64,000 nucleotides of DNA from Spirochaetia bacterium (GCA_965198005.1 CBDAOI010000002.1:544001-608000); one strand, 5' to 3'. Counted from the first letter of the stretch, positions 1 to 11,235 are shown. The notes: generated by a model not told the origin, from the sequence alone. Numbers and translations: made by a program.

Positions 1-489
1 CTTGATCAGAATCACGCGCACGTCGCGCACCATCGCGAACAGCATCTTGCGAATCGTCTGCGCCGCCCGTACCGACTGGCTCGACCCCTTGATGATCGAG
101 ATCTTGGTGACGCCCTGGACCAGATCGGCCACCTCCTGCCCGAACGTCGCGGTGATTTCCTCCAGGGACGAATCGGTATCTTCGACCACGTCGTGCAGCA
201 GCGCCGCCACCACGGTCGCGGTATCCAACCGGCTCTCCACCAGAATCGCCGCCACCTGCAGCGGGTGCACGATGAACGGGTCGCCGCTGGCGCGGAACTG
301 GCCGGAATGGCGGGCGTTGGCCCAGCGCGCCGCCGCCACGATGCGGCGCCGGGCCTCGTCCTCGTACTCGGTGAGCTGGTCGCAGAACCGGTTGACCAGG
401 CGCCGCGACGCCTGCGTGACCCGCGGGTAGTCGGCATGCGGTCCGCGGTCCCGCACTGCGTCGGCGGCGCAGTGCGTTAGCTCGGCCAT
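1..489 (-). CDS. rel: RelA/SpoT (p)ppGpp synthetase/hydrolase, N-terminal HD domain (runs off window)
   Basis: Frame absent from the ORF track; my translation from ATG 489 gives H-x-GQFRASGDPFIVHP, AALLHDVVEDT, LVQGVTKI, IRKMLFAMVRDVRVILIK. Confidence 0.93.
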   Translation of the reverse strand, partial: MAELTHCAADAVRDRGPHADYPRVTQASRRLVNRFCDQLTEYEDEARRRIVAAARWANARHSGQFRASGDPFIVHPLQVAAILVESRLDTATVVAALLHDVVEDTDSSLEEITATFGQEVADLVQGVTKISIIKGSSQSVRAAQTIRKMLFAMVRDVRVILIK

Positions 490-1406
490 TGGGCAACCAC
501 CACCCGCGGCAAGCCGGCAAGGTCCTCCAGCACCGCCGGCGCGGCGTACCCCTGGCGCTCGAGGCAGCCGGCCAGGCCGGCGGCACGCTCGGCCGCGGTT
601 TCCAGCACCAGAAAGCCGCCGGCGCGCAACCGCGCGCGGGCGCGGCCCAGCAGGCGCCGGGCCGGCTCCAGGCCGTCGGCGCCGCCGTCCAGCGCCAGCG
701 GCGGCTCGGGCCAGCCGCGCCGCTGCAGTTGCGCCACCTCGGCCGTGGTCAGGTAGGGAAGGTTGGCCACGATCAGGTCCCAGCGCGCGGGCGCCGGCGG
801 CAGCAGGTCGCAAGTTCGCAGCCGCACCGTTCCCGCCCCCAGGGCGCGGCAGTTGCGGGCCGCCGCGGCCACCGCGGCCGGCGCCAGATCGGACGCGCTG
901 ACCCGCCACTGCGGTCGTTCCAGTTGCAGCGTGGCGGCGATCGCGCCCGACCCGGTGCCCACGTCGTGCACCGTGACCGGTCCCCGGCGGCGGCCGGCCA
1001 CCGCGTCCCCGCAGCGCAACGCGGCGCCGACCAGCATCTCGGTCTCCGGGCGCGGGATCAGCACCTGCCGGTCGACCAGAAAGCGGCGGCCGTAGAACTC
1101 CTTGCAACCGCGCAGGTAGGCGACCGGGACGCCGGCGGCGCGGCCGGCCACCAGTTCCCGGAACCGGGCCCGCGCGGCGACCGGCAGCGGTTCGGGGTAC
1201 GCCGCGAACAGCCGCTCCTTGGAGATGCCCAAGGCATGCGCCAGCAGCACGGTGGCATCCAGCACCGGCGTCTCGTGGGCGCCGGCGCGCAGCCGCGCGG
1301 CGGCCTCCAGCAGGGCCGTGCGCACGGTCGGCCCGCGCTCCGGGGCCGGCGCCGGTCCCGGGCCGCCGGGAACCGGCGTGCGGGCGGCGACCGCCATTCC
1401 GGTCAT
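477..1406 (-). CDS. prmC: Release factor glutamine methyltransferase
   Basis: [33 protein letters not shown]; directly after prfA. Confidence 0.95.
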   Translation of the reverse strand: MTGMAVAARTPVPGGPGPAPAPERGPTVRTALLEAAARLRAGAHETPVLDATVLLAHALGISKERLFAAYPEPLPVAARARFRELVAGRAAGVPVAYLRGCKEFYGRRFLVDRQVLIPRPETEMLVGAALRCGDAVAGRRRGPVTVHDVGTGSGAIAATLQLERPQWRVSASDLAPAAVAAAARNCRALGAGTVRLRTCDLLPPAPARWDLIVANLPYLTTAEVAQLQRRGWPEPPLALDGGADGLEPARRLLGRARARLRAGGFLVLETAAERAAGLAGCLERQGYAAPAVLEDLAGLPRVVVAQWPS

Positions 1407-2503
1407 GCCTCCGCCCGTGCCTCCGCCCGCAGGTAGGCGTCGCGCGCGCTGGTCTGCAACGCCGCGACCACCTCCGCCAGGTTCCCCAGCAACACCTCTT
1501 CCAGCTTGTACAGCGTCAGGTTCACGCGGTGATCGGTGAGCCGGTTCTGGGGGAAGTTGTAGGTGCGGATCCGTTCCGAGCGGTCGCCGGTGCCCACCTG
1601 ACGCCGGCGCGACTCGGCGCGCTCGCGCGCCGCCTTCTCCTCCTCCGCTTCGAGCAGCCGCGCGCGCAGCACCCGCAGCGCCTTGGCCTTGTTCTTGTGC
1701 TGCGACTTTTCATCCTGGCAGGTAACCACCAGGCCGCTCGGCAGGTGGGTGATCCGCACCGCCGAATCGGTGGTGTTGACGCTCTGCCCGCCGGGCCCGG
1801 AGGAGCGGAACACGTCGATCTTCAAGTCCTCGGGCCGGAGCGCGAGGTCGGTCTCCTCCGCCTCCGGCAGGACCGCCACGGTCACCGCCGAGGTGTGGAT
1901 GCGACCGCTCGACTCGGTCACCGGCACGCGCTGGACCCGGTGCACGCCGCTCTCGTAGCGCAGGTGCGCGAACACGTCGGTGCCCGCGATCGAGAAGATC
2001 AGCTCCTTGAAGCCGCCGACCTCGGTGGCATGGCTGGAGAGGATCTCCGGTTTCCAGCCGTGCAGATCGGCGTACTTGCTGTACATCCGGTAGAGATCCG
2101 CCGCAAACAGAGACGCCTCGTCGCCGCCCGTGCCGGCGCGAATCTCCATGATCACGTTCTTGCGGTCGCGGGCGTCCTTGGGGATCATCTGCACCCGCAG
2201 CCGCTCGATCAGCGCGCCGCGTTGGTCCCGGAGCTGCTCCAATTCCTCCTGCGCCAGCTCCGCGAACTCCCCCTCCGAGTCGGTCAGGAGCTGCTCGGTC
2301 TCTTCGATCTCGCCGCTGACCTGCTGCAGGCGGCGGTACCCTGCGACGACCTGGCTCAGCCCCGCGTGCTCCTGCATCAACTCGCGCGTGCGGCGCTGGT
2401 CCTTGTACAATGCCGGATCGGCCAGCGCGCGCTCCACCTCCCGGAAGCGGTCCGCAGCGCCGCTCAGGCTGCGCAGCAACGAATGTGCCGGGTCGTCGCT
2501 CAT
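1403..2503 (-). CDS. prfA: Peptide chain release factor 1
   Basis: GGQ motif ([16 protein letters not shown]), RF1 PVT motif, [13 protein letters not shown]. Confidence 0.97.
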   Translation of the reverse strand: MSDDPAHSLLRSLSGAADRFREVERALADPALYKDQRRTRELMQEHAGLSQVVAGYRRLQQVSGEIEETEQLLTDSEGEFAELAQEELEQLRDQRGALIERLRVQMIPKDARDRKNVIMEIRAGTGGDEASLFAADLYRMYSKYADLHGWKPEILSSHATEVGGFKELIFSIAGTDVFAHLRYESGVHRVQRVPVTESSGRIHTSAVTVAVLPEAEETDLALRPEDLKIDVFRSSGPGGQSVNTTDSAVRITHLPSGLVVTCQDEKSQHKNKAKALRVLRARLLEAEEEKAARERAESRRRQVGTGDRSERIRTYNFPQNRLTDHRVNLTLYKLEEVLLGNLAEVVAALQTSARDAYLRAEARAEA

Positions 2504-2574
2504 CGGCTGGTACCGCCCTCAGGGTAGCAGAAAACGGCGTGAAACGGGATCGGTCGCGGTCGAGTCAGGTCGAG

Positions 2575-3168
2575 TCAGTCGAATCGGTCACTGCCTCCGG
2601 CAGCCGCCGGCGGCGCCGCGCGGCGCTGGAACAGGAAGCCGAACAGGCTCCCGCACACGCCGCCGGCAATGTGGGCGAATTGCGAAACGGTGTCGGCGCT
2701 GAACGCGCTCGCCACCTCGCGCGCCAGATAGACCACCACCACCAGGATGAAGGTGAGCGGGATTTCGCCGGCGGCGATGTTGGTGAAGGAGCTCAGCAGG
2801 ATCATCATGAACACGATGCCGCTCGCCCCCATCAGGCCGGTGTCGAGCAGCGCCACGTTGAGAATGCCGGTCGCCAGCGCGGTTACCAGCATCATCAGCA
2901 CCAGCGGCCCCGACCCGTACTTCTCCTCCAGGATCGGTCCGATCAACAGGATCAGGGAGAAGTTGGCCACCAAGTGGGTCCAGTCCTGATGCCCCACCAC
3001 GTGCGAGACCAGGCGGAAGTAGCTCAGCGGCGAGGTCACGGCGAAGGTGGGGAGCACCGTGAAGTAGGTGCGCGAGACCTGCCCGCCGGTGATCAGGTCC
3101 GCGACCAGCACGGCGACGCTGAACAGGGTGTAGCTGAGCACCGCCGGGGAGTTGTAGCGAATCTTCAC
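2575..3168 (-). CDS. Rhomboid intramembrane serine protease
   Basis: HLVANF, GASG catalytic Ser, AHIAGG catalytic His, several hydrophobic segments. Confidence 0.9.
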   Translation of the reverse strand: MKIRYNSPAVLSYTLFSVAVLVADLITGGQVSRTYFTVLPTFAVTSPLSYFRLVSHVVGHQDWTHLVANFSLILLIGPILEEKYGSGPLVLMMLVTALATGILNVALLDTGLMGASGIVFMMILLSSFTNIAAGEIPLTFILVVVVYLAREVASAFSADTVSQFAHIAGGVCGSLFGFLFQRRAAPPAAAGGSDRFD

Positions 3169-4517
3169 GCGTCCGCTCCGACCACGTCGAGAATCCGGGC
3201 GGTCGCCTCCGTGACCGCGGCTTCGTCCACCGCTTCCAGGCGCAGGCGCAGCAGCGGCTCGGTATTGCTCGGCCGCAGATTGAACCAGAACCGCTGATAG
3301 CTCACGCTGACGCCGTCGAGCGTCTCCTGCTCGCCGTCGGCGAACGCGGCCCGCACGCGCCGCAGGGCGGCCGCCGGGTCCAGCCCGTCGAGGCGGATGT
3401 TGACCTCGTCCTGCTGCACGTAGCGGCCGCGTAGCGGCGCCACCAGCTCCGCCAGGCCGCGGCCGCGCTGCTGCAGCAGATTGAGCAGCACGCCGAGCCC
3501 ATAGATTGCGGACTCGGTGTAGAACGAGTCGCGCACGCGGAAGTACAGGTGACCGGAGGTCTCGTTGCCGTACACCGCGCCGCTGCGCACCATCTCATCG
3601 TACAGGAAGGTGTAGCCGACGCGGGACCTGACCGGGACGCCGCCGGCCGCCGCCACGGTCTCGGGGAAGGTGCGGGAGGAGATCAGGTCGTACACGATCG
3701 CGGCCCCCGGGTGGCGTTCGATCAGGGCGCCGGCGATCAGGGCGCCGGCGAAATAGCTCTCCACGACGCGCCCGGTCTCGTCGCAGATCAGGACCCGGTC
3801 GCCGTCGCCGTCCAGCACCGCGCCCAGCGCGGCACCGGTGCGGACCACCTCGGCGGTCACCTGGCACTGGCTGGCGCGTTCCAGCGGATTGGGGGGGTGC
3901 GCCGGGAAGGTGCCGTCCGGGGTGCCGTTCAGTATGGTGGCGTCCAGTCCGAGCCGTTCCGCAGCCGCCGCCAGCAACCCTCCGGCCGAACCGTTCGAGG
4001 CGTCGAGCACCACCCGCATGCCCCGTACCGCGGGCCGCACGTGCGCGGTGGCGAACTCCAGATAGGGCTCCAGCGCGGCCGGCGGCAGCAGTATCGGCGG
4101 CGGCGGCGCCGGGTCCGGTGCGGCCGCGTCCTGCGCCACCGCGGCCGCGATTTCACGCAGCCCGCTGGTGGCGCTGAACGAGCCGCCGCGGCGGTCGTAG
4201 AGCTTGAAGCCGTGGTACTGCGGCGGGTTGTGAGACGCGGTGGCCATCACGCCGGCGGCGTAGCCCCCGTGCATCTGGGTATAGTGCAGCGCCGGCGTGC
4301 TGGTGCACCCGACGCTCTCGACCGCGGCGCCGGCGGCCGCCGCCCCGGCGCAGAAGGCGCGCAGCAGCCCGGCCGAGTGGCTGCGCGCGTCGTGACCGCC
4401 GAGCAGCCGGCCGCCGCCGGTGCGGCGGGCGAAGGCGCGGCCGGTCCGGTAGGCGAGCGTGTCGTCGATCTCGACACCGTAGATGCCGCGGATGTCGTAT
4501 GCCTTGAACGGGTTCAT
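3165..4517 (-). CDS. Phosphomannomutase/phosphoglucomutase
   Basis: FKAYDIRG, TASHNP, DGDGDR, RPSNTEP. Confidence 0.95.
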   Translation of the reverse strand: MNPFKAYDIRGIYGVEIDDTLAYRTGRAFARRTGGGRLLGGHDARSHSAGLLRAFCAGAAAAGAAVESVGCTSTPALHYTQMHGGYAAGVMATASHNPPQYHGFKLYDRRGGSFSATSGLREIAAAVAQDAAAPDPAPPPPILLPPAALEPYLEFATAHVRPAVRGMRVVLDASNGSAGGLLAAAAERLGLDATILNGTPDGTFPAHPPNPLERASQCQVTAEVVRTGAALGAVLDGDGDRVLICDETGRVVESYFAGALIAGALIERHPGAAIVYDLISSRTFPETVAAAGGVPVRSRVGYTFLYDEMVRSGAVYGNETSGHLYFRVRDSFYTESAIYGLGVLLNLLQQRGRGLAELVAPLRGRYVQQDEVNIRLDGLDPAAALRRVRAAFADGEQETLDGVSVSYQRFWFNLRPSNTEPLLRLRLEAVDEAAVTEATARILDVVGADA

Positions 4518-4524
4518 GCCGTGC

Positions 4525-6471
4525 TCACGGCGCCGCCACGGACTGGTCCGCCCGGCTCCGCTCCAGCTCCTCCCACGCTGCCGTGGTCGCCTGCTGGGCC
4601 CTGGTGTTGGCCTGCAGTTCCTGCTTCAACTTACGCACGCACGCGCCGTCCGTGTACACCGCCGGGTCGCTCAGCGCCGCCTGCAGCCGGTGCTCCGCCG
4701 CCTGCAGCCGGTCCAGCTCGCTCAGCAGCTCCTGCTCGCGGCGGAGCAGCGCCGCCCGCTGCCGCTCGCGGCGCCGGCCGGCGGCGGCGTCCCGCGCCCC
4801 GCGCCCACCGCCGCCGGCACCCGCCGCGCGCCTGCCGTCCGCCGCCGGCGTGCCCGATGCGGCGCCCGCCGTCGCCGCTTTCTTCCAGCAGTAGTAGTCC
4901 CAGTCGCCGTGGTACAGCCGCACCCGGTCCCGGCCAACCTCCAGCACGCGCGTGGCCAGGCGCGCGATGAAGTACTCGTCGTGCGAGACGAACACCAGCG
5001 TGCCGGCGTAGCGGCGCAGCGCCTGCGTGAGGATCTGGATCGCGCTCAGGTCGAGGTGGCCGGTCGGCTCGTCCAGCAGCAGCAGGTTGGCCGGCTGCAG
5101 GAGCAGCCGCACCAGCGCGACCCGGCTGCGTTCGCCGCCGCTCAGCACCGCCAGCGGCTTGAACACCGCGTCGCCGCTGAACAGAAAGGCACCGAGCACA
5201 TTGCGCAGCCGCGGCATCAGGTCGGCCGGCGCCAGCGCCTCCACCTCCTCCAGCACCGTGTGCGTGCCGGTGAGCCGTTCGGCCCGGTCCTGAGCGAAGT
5301 ATCCCACGGTGACGCCGGTGCCGAGACTCACGCGTCCCGCCTGCAGCGGCGCCGCGCCGGCCAGCGCGCGCATCAGGGTGGACTTGCCCACCCCGTTCTC
5401 GCCCACCAGCGCCAATCGTTCGCCTCGGTCCAGCTCCAGATCCAGGCCGTCGATCACCCGCCGCGGGCCGTAGGCCAGGCTCACCCCGCTGGCGCTCAAC
5501 GCGCGCCGGCCTCCCTTCGGCGCCGGCGGGAAGCTGAACGAGACGTGTGGCTGCACCGGCGGCGGCTCCAGCCGTTCCAGCCGCTCCAGGTGCTTGACGC
5601 GGCTTTGCACCATGCGCGCCTTGGAGGAGTTGGCGCGGAACTTGCGCACGAACGCCTCCATGCGCGCGATCTCTTCCTGCTGCCGCTCGTACGCGGCGGC
5701 CATCTGGTCCAGCTCCTGCTCGCGCCGCTTGAGGTACGCCGAGAACGTGCCGGGGAAGCTGCGCAGCCGGCCGCGGTAGATCTCGGCCACCTCGGTACAG
5801 GTACGATCCATCAACATGCGGTCGTGCGCGACCAGCAGGTAGGAACCGGGATAGGAGCGCAGGTAGCCCTCGAGCCACTGCCGCGCCTCCAGGTCGAGGT
5901 AGTTGGAGGGCTCGTCGAGGAGCAGCAGGTCGGGACGCTGCAACAGCAGCTTGGCGAGTGCAATCCGCATCTGCCAACCGGCGGAGAAGGTGGCGGTATC
6001 GTTGCCGGCGTCGCCCGGCCGGAAGCCGAGCCCGCGGCTTACGCGGTCGCAACGCGCGGCGCGCGCGGCCGCCCCGTCCAGGTTTACCCGCTCGCTGAGC
6101 CGGCCGTAGCGGTCGAGCAGCTTCTCGATGATGCGCTCGTCGGAGGCGGCCGCCAGCTCTTCCTCGAGCGCCCGCAGCTCCCGTTCCGCGTGCAGCTCGT
6201 CGGCAAAGGCGAGGTCCAGCTCCGCCTGCAGGGTACGGCCGTGGTGGGCGATGCCGGACTGCGCCAGATAGCCGATCCTGATGCCGCGCCGCGGTATGAC
6301 GCGGCCGCGGTCGGGCCGGGCCTGACCGGCGATGATCCGCAGCAGCGAGGACTTGCCGCTGCCGTTCGCGCCGCACAACGCGATCCGGCTGCCGGATCCG
6401 ACGCTGAGACCGACGCCGTCCAACACCACCTGCTCGCCATAGGCCAGCGCAATCTCGGAGAGGGTAACCAT
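4525..6471 (-). CDS. ABC-F family ATPase (YheS-like)
   Basis: Two ABC domains (GANGSGKS, GENGVGKS; LLLDEP twice), no membrane segments, C-terminal coiled coil. Confidence 0.9.
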   Translation of the reverse strand: MVTLSEIALAYGEQVVLDGVGLSVGSGSRIALCGANGSGKSSLLRIIAGQARPDRGRVIPRRGIRIGYLAQSGIAHHGRTLQAELDLAFADELHAERELRALEEELAAASDERIIEKLLDRYGRLSERVNLDGAAARAARCDRVSRGLGFRPGDAGNDTATFSAGWQMRIALAKLLLQRPDLLLLDEPSNYLDLEARQWLEGYLRSYPGSYLLVAHDRMLMDRTCTEVAEIYRGRLRSFPGTFSAYLKRREQELDQMAAAYERQQEEIARMEAFVRKFRANSSKARMVQSRVKHLERLERLEPPPVQPHVSFSFPPAPKGGRRALSASGVSLAYGPRRVIDGLDLELDRGERLALVGENGVGKSTLMRALAGAAPLQAGRVSLGTGVTVGYFAQDRAERLTGTHTVLEEVEALAPADLMPRLRNVLGAFLFSGDAVFKPLAVLSGGERSRVALVRLLLQPANLLLLDEPTGHLDLSAIQILTQALRRYAGTLVFVSHDEYFIARLATRVLEVGRDRVRLYHGDWDYYCWKKAATAGAASGTPAADGRRAAGAGGGGRGARDAAAGRRRERQRAALLRREQELLSELDRLQAAEHRLQAALSDPAVYTDGACVRKLKQELQANTRAQQATTAAWEELERSRADQSVAAP

Positions 6472-6490
6472 GGTGCGGCCGGACGCCGGG

Positions 6491-8014
6491 TCAGCCTTCC
6501 TCGACGGCGTCGGCGGCCGGTGCGGGAGCCGGATCCGCCGGCGCGGTAGCGCCGTCTTCCGAGGATGCGGCGCCGGCCTCTGCGGGAGCCGGGTCTGGCG
6601 GCGCGGCGGCGTCGTCTTCCGGGGATGCGTCGCCCGCGCCGGGGTCGGCGGGCGGGTCGCCGGCGGGCGGGTCGCTGAAGGTGAAGAACATCACTACCGC
6701 GGAGCGGCTCACTTCGGCCACCAGGCGCGCCGCCCGGTTGGGCACCGCGGGGGTCAGCCGGACGCCGCCGGAGCCGTACTCCACCAGCAGCGTGAGCTCG
6801 ACCGGTTCGCCCGGGCGGTCGAAGGTGAAGGTGGCCGCGCCGTCGTACGACCCGCCCAACGCCGCCGCCGGGGCATAGCGGAAGTCCACGCTGCCGGACC
6901 CGGCCAGACCGGACGGCACCAGGCCCGGCACCAGCGCGTCGTAGCCGTGCCATTGAAACCGGCGGCCCTCGCGCAGCGTGAAGGTGCCGTAGCTCGAGCT
7001 CGTGAGCTGCGCCCCGCGGCGCATCAGATCGGCGAACAGCAGATCGCGGCGGGCGCGTTCGGCCGCGATCTGCGCCGGCACGTCGCGCTGCAGGTCCAGG
7101 AACTCCGGCGTTACCAGCCGGCCGTCCAGCACGTACGACAGCGCCACGTGGGTATCGCTCAGGACGGTGATGCGAGCCGGGGCCGCGTCGCCGTTGCCGG
7201 CGCCGCCCGGCGGGTGCAGCACGTACACGTTGGCGCCGACGCGCTCGATCTCCCGATAGGGGAACCGGCGCGTACCTCCCTCGCCGACCAGGGTGAACTG
7301 CTGCGCCGCCGGCTCGGGAAACAGACCATAGTCGGCGCGAAACCGCGTGAGGTCGTAGCGGCCGGTGCGGATCATGCCGGAGAAGTAGGCAGGCCGCCAC
7401 ACGGTGGTGAGCACCCGCTCCAGCAGCGGATCGGCGGCGCGCCGCCGGGCGATCTCCGCCTGCGGGTCGCCGTCCGTATCGAGCACGACCAGAAATTCGC
7501 CGAAAGTATGCCCCACGGTGCCGTCCTCCGCGAGCACCTCGTACCAATGGTTCTCGTACACGCCCACCGTGACCGGTTCGTCGCCCCGCCCCACCACCTT
7601 CAGCAGCTCGCCGGGACGCAGCTTGTAGATGATGGCCGCGGTGGCCGACGCCTCCGCCCGGATCGGCAGCCCGCTGCGTTCGGTGTAGGCGTAGGTGGCG
7701 GTAAACGGCGCGTAGGCGGCCGCGAAGGCCGACGCCTGCTCAGCGCCGGCGAACCGCCGGACCCGCCACTGCCGGATGGGCAGCGGCTCGTGCTCGACGC
7801 CGGAGGCGGGGGCGACGCCGGAGGCGGGGGCGGGGATGCGCGCCAGATAGGTCGCTTCCAGCTCCGACTCGTCCATCAGGTCGACGACCGCGCCGGTGGG
7901 CAGCGCGCCGCCGTCGCTCCACACCACCACGCCGTAGCCGATCGGCTCGCGACCGCAGGCGACTGCTACCAGCACCGCAACCACCCCCAACGCGTGGCGG
8001 GTGCGGAAGTTCAT
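6491..8014 (-). CDS. Lipoprotein with probable SH3b domain and acidic Pro/Ala tail
   Basis: ATG 8014 overlaps the upstream stop (ATGA); lipobox VAVAC; LPIRAEA...IYKLRPGE...WYEV SH3-like pattern. Confidence 0.75.
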   Translation of the reverse strand: MNFRTRHALGVVAVLVAVACGREPIGYGVVVWSDGGALPTGAVVDLMDESELEATYLARIPAPASGVAPASGVEHEPLPIRQWRVRRFAGAEQASAFAAAYAPFTATYAYTERSGLPIRAEASATAAIIYKLRPGELLKVVGRGDEPVTVGVYENHWYEVLAEDGTVGHTFGEFLVVLDTDGDPQAEIARRRAADPLLERVLTTVWRPAYFSGMIRTGRYDLTRFRADYGLFPEPAAQQFTLVGEGGTRRFPYREIERVGANVYVLHPPGGAGNGDAAPARITVLSDTHVALSYVLDGRLVTPEFLDLQRDVPAQIAAERARRDLLFADLMRRGAQLTSSSYGTFTLREGRRFQWHGYDALVPGLVPSGLAGSGSVDFRYAPAAALGGSYDGAATFTFDRPGEPVELTLLVEYGSGGVRLTPAVPNRAARLVAEVSRSAVVMFFTFSDPPAGDPPADPGAGDASPEDDAAAPPDPAPAEAGAASSEDGATAPADPAPAPAADAVEEG

Positions 8015-9300
8015 GCGCGGCCGACACCGTCCGCGCCATACCCGGCCGCAGGATAGGCCAACGCCCGCACCGGCACCTGCAACATCTGCCCCGGATGCAG
8101 GGTGCCGTTCGGTCGCAACCGGTTGGCGGCCGCCAGCGCCTCCACGGTGGTGTCGAAGCGGCGCGCGATGAGCCACAGGGAGTCGCCGCGCGCCACCCGG
8201 TACCGGCCTTCGAACGGGCGCTCCTCGGCGTGCGGCGCGGCGGCGGTGCCCGGATCCACGCCGTTCATCAGCGGGATGAGCAGTCCGTTTCCGACGCGCA
8301 GCTTGCGCGGGTTCACGCCGCGGTTGAACTGGCGGATCATCCCGACGTTGACCTGGAACGCCTCGGCCAGCTCCGAAATGGTGTCGCCGCTGCGGATCAC
8401 GTGCCAGTGCAACCGCACCAGCACGCCGTCGGCGTCTTCCAGTACCTCCGTGAACCGGTCGTAGGTATGCGCCGGAACCTTGAGCCGGTACGGCTCCGAG
8501 CGGGGCGCGGGCGGGGTGAGACCGTACACCAGCTCCGCGTTGGCCCGTTCCAGCAGGATCAACGGCACCTCCGCCAGCGTGCCGAGCAACCCCAGCTCGA
8601 TGCCCGCCGGCACCTCCAACTGCCGCCACTGCGTCATCAAGTCCACCGGCGGCAGCGCCCCCGGAAACGTGCGCACCGCCCGTAGGAACCCGTAGAACCG
8701 GGGAACGAATTCGCGCGTCTCGCGCGGCAGCAGGCCGCGCCGGCTCAGCTCCCAGTAGTCGCCGCTGCCGGCCGCCCGCACCACGCGCCGGATCCGCCCG
8801 AGACCGGCGTTGTAGGCGGCGAGCGCCAACTCCCAACTGCCCAGCTCGGCGTAGTTCCGGTCGAGGATGCGCAACGCGACGTCGGTCGCCTTCCAGAAGT
8901 CGAGTCGCTCGTCGATCAACTCATTGATCGCCAGGCCGTACAGGCGCGCGGTCGCCGGCATGAGCTGCCACAGCCCTGCCGCGCCCGCCCAGGAGGTGGC
9001 GTCGCTGGCGTACGCCGACTCGATCGCCGGCAGAAACAGCAGCTCCGGCGGCATGCCGCGGCGCTCGATCTCGGCCAGTACGTAGCCGCCGTAGAACCCG
9101 CTGAGGTCGATCATCCGCAGCATCCAGGGCCGCCAGTTGGTACTCCGGTAGCGCCTGGCGTAGTGCTCGACCCGCGGGTCGTCGGGAATCTCGAACAGCT
9201 TCGGCACGGCCGCGGAGCCGGTTTGCGCAGCCACGGGCAGGTGGGTGGCGGCCAGCAACAGCAGCGCCGCCGCCGGCACGGACAGAGGGCGCGGACTCAT
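8011..9300 (-). CDS. Lytic transglycosylase with two LysM domains (MltD-like)
   Basis: IESAY, AAGLWQLMPATA, LAAYNAG, LPRETR; LysM starts HVIRSGDTIS and YRVARGDSLW. Confidence 0.92.
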   Translation of the reverse strand: MSPRPLSVPAAALLLLAATHLPVAAQTGSAAVPKLFEIPDDPRVEHYARRYRSTNWRPWMLRMIDLSGFYGGYVLAEIERRGMPPELLFLPAIESAYASDATSWAGAAGLWQLMPATARLYGLAINELIDERLDFWKATDVALRILDRNYAELGSWELALAAYNAGLGRIRRVVRAAGSGDYWELSRRGLLPRETREFVPRFYGFLRAVRTFPGALPPVDLMTQWRQLEVPAGIELGLLGTLAEVPLILLERANAELVYGLTPPAPRSEPYRLKVPAHTYDRFTEVLEDADGVLVRLHWHVIRSGDTISELAEAFQVNVGMIRQFNRGVNPRKLRVGNGLLIPLMNGVDPGTAAAPHAEERPFEGRYRVARGDSLWLIARRFDTTVEALAAANRLRPNGTLHPGQMLQVPVRALAYPAAGYGADGVGRA

Positions 9301-10382
9301 AGCTTCTCACCGAAGAAAATGCCGGCCCACTCCCACCGACCGTCGATCTCGGGATCGGCCTTGAAGTCGATCTTTCGGAAATACAGGTACCAGGTCTTTA
9401 CCCGATACGACCAGCCCGTGGTACGCAGAAACGCCTCGCCGGCGTTGGAATCGGGGTCCAGCTCGCTGTCGAACTGCACGCGCGACAGCGGAAACGCCGC
9501 CAAGTCGAACACGCGCGCGACGTTCTCGTCGGCGACCTGCTGCTCCCAGGTCATGGCAAAGAACCCCGAGCCGGCACGCAGCCGGCGCAACGCCCGTCCG
9601 TCGCGCCGCCTGATTGCTTGTTTGACCGCGCTCACCAAGGTATCCAGGTCCTCCACTACCCAACTCTTGTCCGAGTAGTGGAAGTTAACTTTATTTTGCA
9701 CGTCCGCATAGGCATTTGGAAAACCCGGAATCACGGTCTCCGGGTATTGGAGGAACACGCTGTCGGCCTGCACCGCCTGCTCCCACTCGCCGAGCGCCTC
9801 GTACGCGCGCGCGAGAAAGAAGTGGCTGCGGCCGAGGTCGATCGCGTCGCTGAACCGGCTGATCAGCTCCTGGTACAACACCACCAGCCGGTGCGGGTCG
9901 CGTTCCAGGGCGATGAGCTGGTCGAGCGCGGAGCGGTGGATCGACAGTCCACGCACCAGCGCGTCCGGGTAGTTGCGCAGAATCCGTTCGTAGTAGTGCG
10001 CGACCAGCGGAGCGGAGCCCAGCTCGCGGTACCCCTCAGCCACCGACATCAGGTAGAACGAGTTGTACGGATCGGTCGGATGCGCCTCGACGTAGGAGGT
10101 GAGGAACAGGATCCGGCGCCGCGGGGCGCCCGCCGCCCGCAGCACCTTGGAGATCTCCTGCACGACCATGAACCGCTGCTCGGGGCCGCCCTGCTCCTGC
10201 TCCAGCAGGCCGGCCAGTTCCTGCAACCGCTGGTCGTAGTGGCGGTTGCCGGTCCGGTAGTGGGGCTGGTGCTGGCCGCCGCAGCCGGCCACCGCCGCGA
10301 CCAGCGCCGCGACGGCCAGCCGCCGGATCAGCCTAGCGCCCCGAAACCGTCGCCTGTGGCGCCGCTTTCGGCCCATCCCCAC
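9297..10382 (-). CDS. TPR-like lipoprotein
   Basis: Lipobox AVAGC, helical TPR-like segments, stop overlaps the transglycosylase start. Confidence 0.75.
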   Translation of the reverse strand: MGMGRKRRHRRRFRGARLIRRLAVAALVAAVAGCGGQHQPHYRTGNRHYDQRLQELAGLLEQEQGGPEQRFMVVQEISKVLRAAGAPRRRILFLTSYVEAHPTDPYNSFYLMSVAEGYRELGSAPLVAHYYERILRNYPDALVRGLSIHRSALDQLIALERDPHRLVVLYQELISRFSDAIDLGRSHFFLARAYEALGEWEQAVQADSVFLQYPETVIPGFPNAYADVQNKVNFHYSDKSWVVEDLDTLVSAVKQAIRRRDGRALRRLRAGSGFFAMTWEQQVADENVARVFDLAAFPLSRVQFDSELDPDSNAGEAFLRTTGWSYRVKTWYLYFRKIDFKADPEIDGRWEWAGIFFGEKL

Positions 10383-10417
10383 CTGCCTTCAGGAGTCTGT
10401 CGCGGTCCGACAGACTC

Positions 10418-11038
10418 CTAAAGCTCGATCGCGAGGCCGATCCACACGCCCAGATTGAACCCGCTGAGCTGGGTCAGGTTGATCTTGTTGTCGTTGGCCC
10501 GGCCGTCGTTGATCTCCCCCACGCCGTCGAACAGGGGGAAGGAGTAGGTTCCGCTGATCTGCGGCGCCAGCGACACGTTGCCCCACGCCACGCGGTACCC
10601 CAGATGCACGCGGCCGCCGAGCACCATGCCGGAAAGCGTGCCCAGGGCCTCGTTGGTCGCGGCACTTGCCTGGGCGTAGCCGCCGCTGGCGGCGAACCCG
10701 GCATAGGGCCCCTCCGGCGCGTCGCCGGACAGGTAGTAGTTGACGCCGATCGCGCCGCCCAGGTACCAGACCGACCAGTCGCCCGTCGGTCGTTCGGTAA
10801 CCAGGTACAGCAGGCTCAGCCGCTGGTTGCTATAGCGCGGTTCGATGAACCAGCTCCACTCGTAGTCGATGGTCGACTCGAACGAGGCCGTGTAGACGCC
10901 CTGCAGCGCCGGTCCGACCGGGTCGATGCTGATCAGCGACCGCGGCCCATCCATGTCCGCGAACCCGAGGGTGGCGGTACCGAGAACCAGCGCCGCGACG
11001 GCGCCGGCAACGCGTAGCGTTCGTAGTAGGTAGCTCAC
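10418..11038 (-). CDS. Small exported protein, probable outer-membrane beta-barrel
   Basis: Signal peptide, alternating aromatic/Gly strands (GVNYY, HLGYRVAW); GTG start inferred. Confidence 0.6.
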   Translation of the reverse strand: MSYLLRTLRVAGAVAALVLGTATLGFADMDGPRSLISIDPVGPALQGVYTASFESTIDYEWSWFIEPRYSNQRLSLLYLVTERPTGDWSVWYLGGAIGVNYYLSGDAPEGPYAGFAASGGYAQASAATNEALGTLSGMVLGGRVHLGYRVAWGNVSLAPQISGTYSFPLFDGVGEINDGRANDNKINLTQLSGFNLGVWIGLAIEL

Positions 11039-11235
11039 GTACTGTATGTACCACGCCTCCTCATGGCGGGTCAACCGCAGCGTACCGTAGTACCGTAGTA
11101 CCGTAGGCACGGTCACTCCACGTGGGGCCGGCCTCAGGCGAGGGTCGCGCGGAGCGCGCCGAGCGCGTTTGCCTCGACCGCGAGCGGCGGACTACACTCA
11201 CAACCGGCGCGGAACGGGCGCCGCCGGGAGGAAGC

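Noticed and set aside
8015-8836. N-terminal extensions in the ORF track (also trxA, trpA, trpB, icd)
   Set aside because: They overlap real upstream genes; internal starts with RBS or ATGA overlaps fit better.
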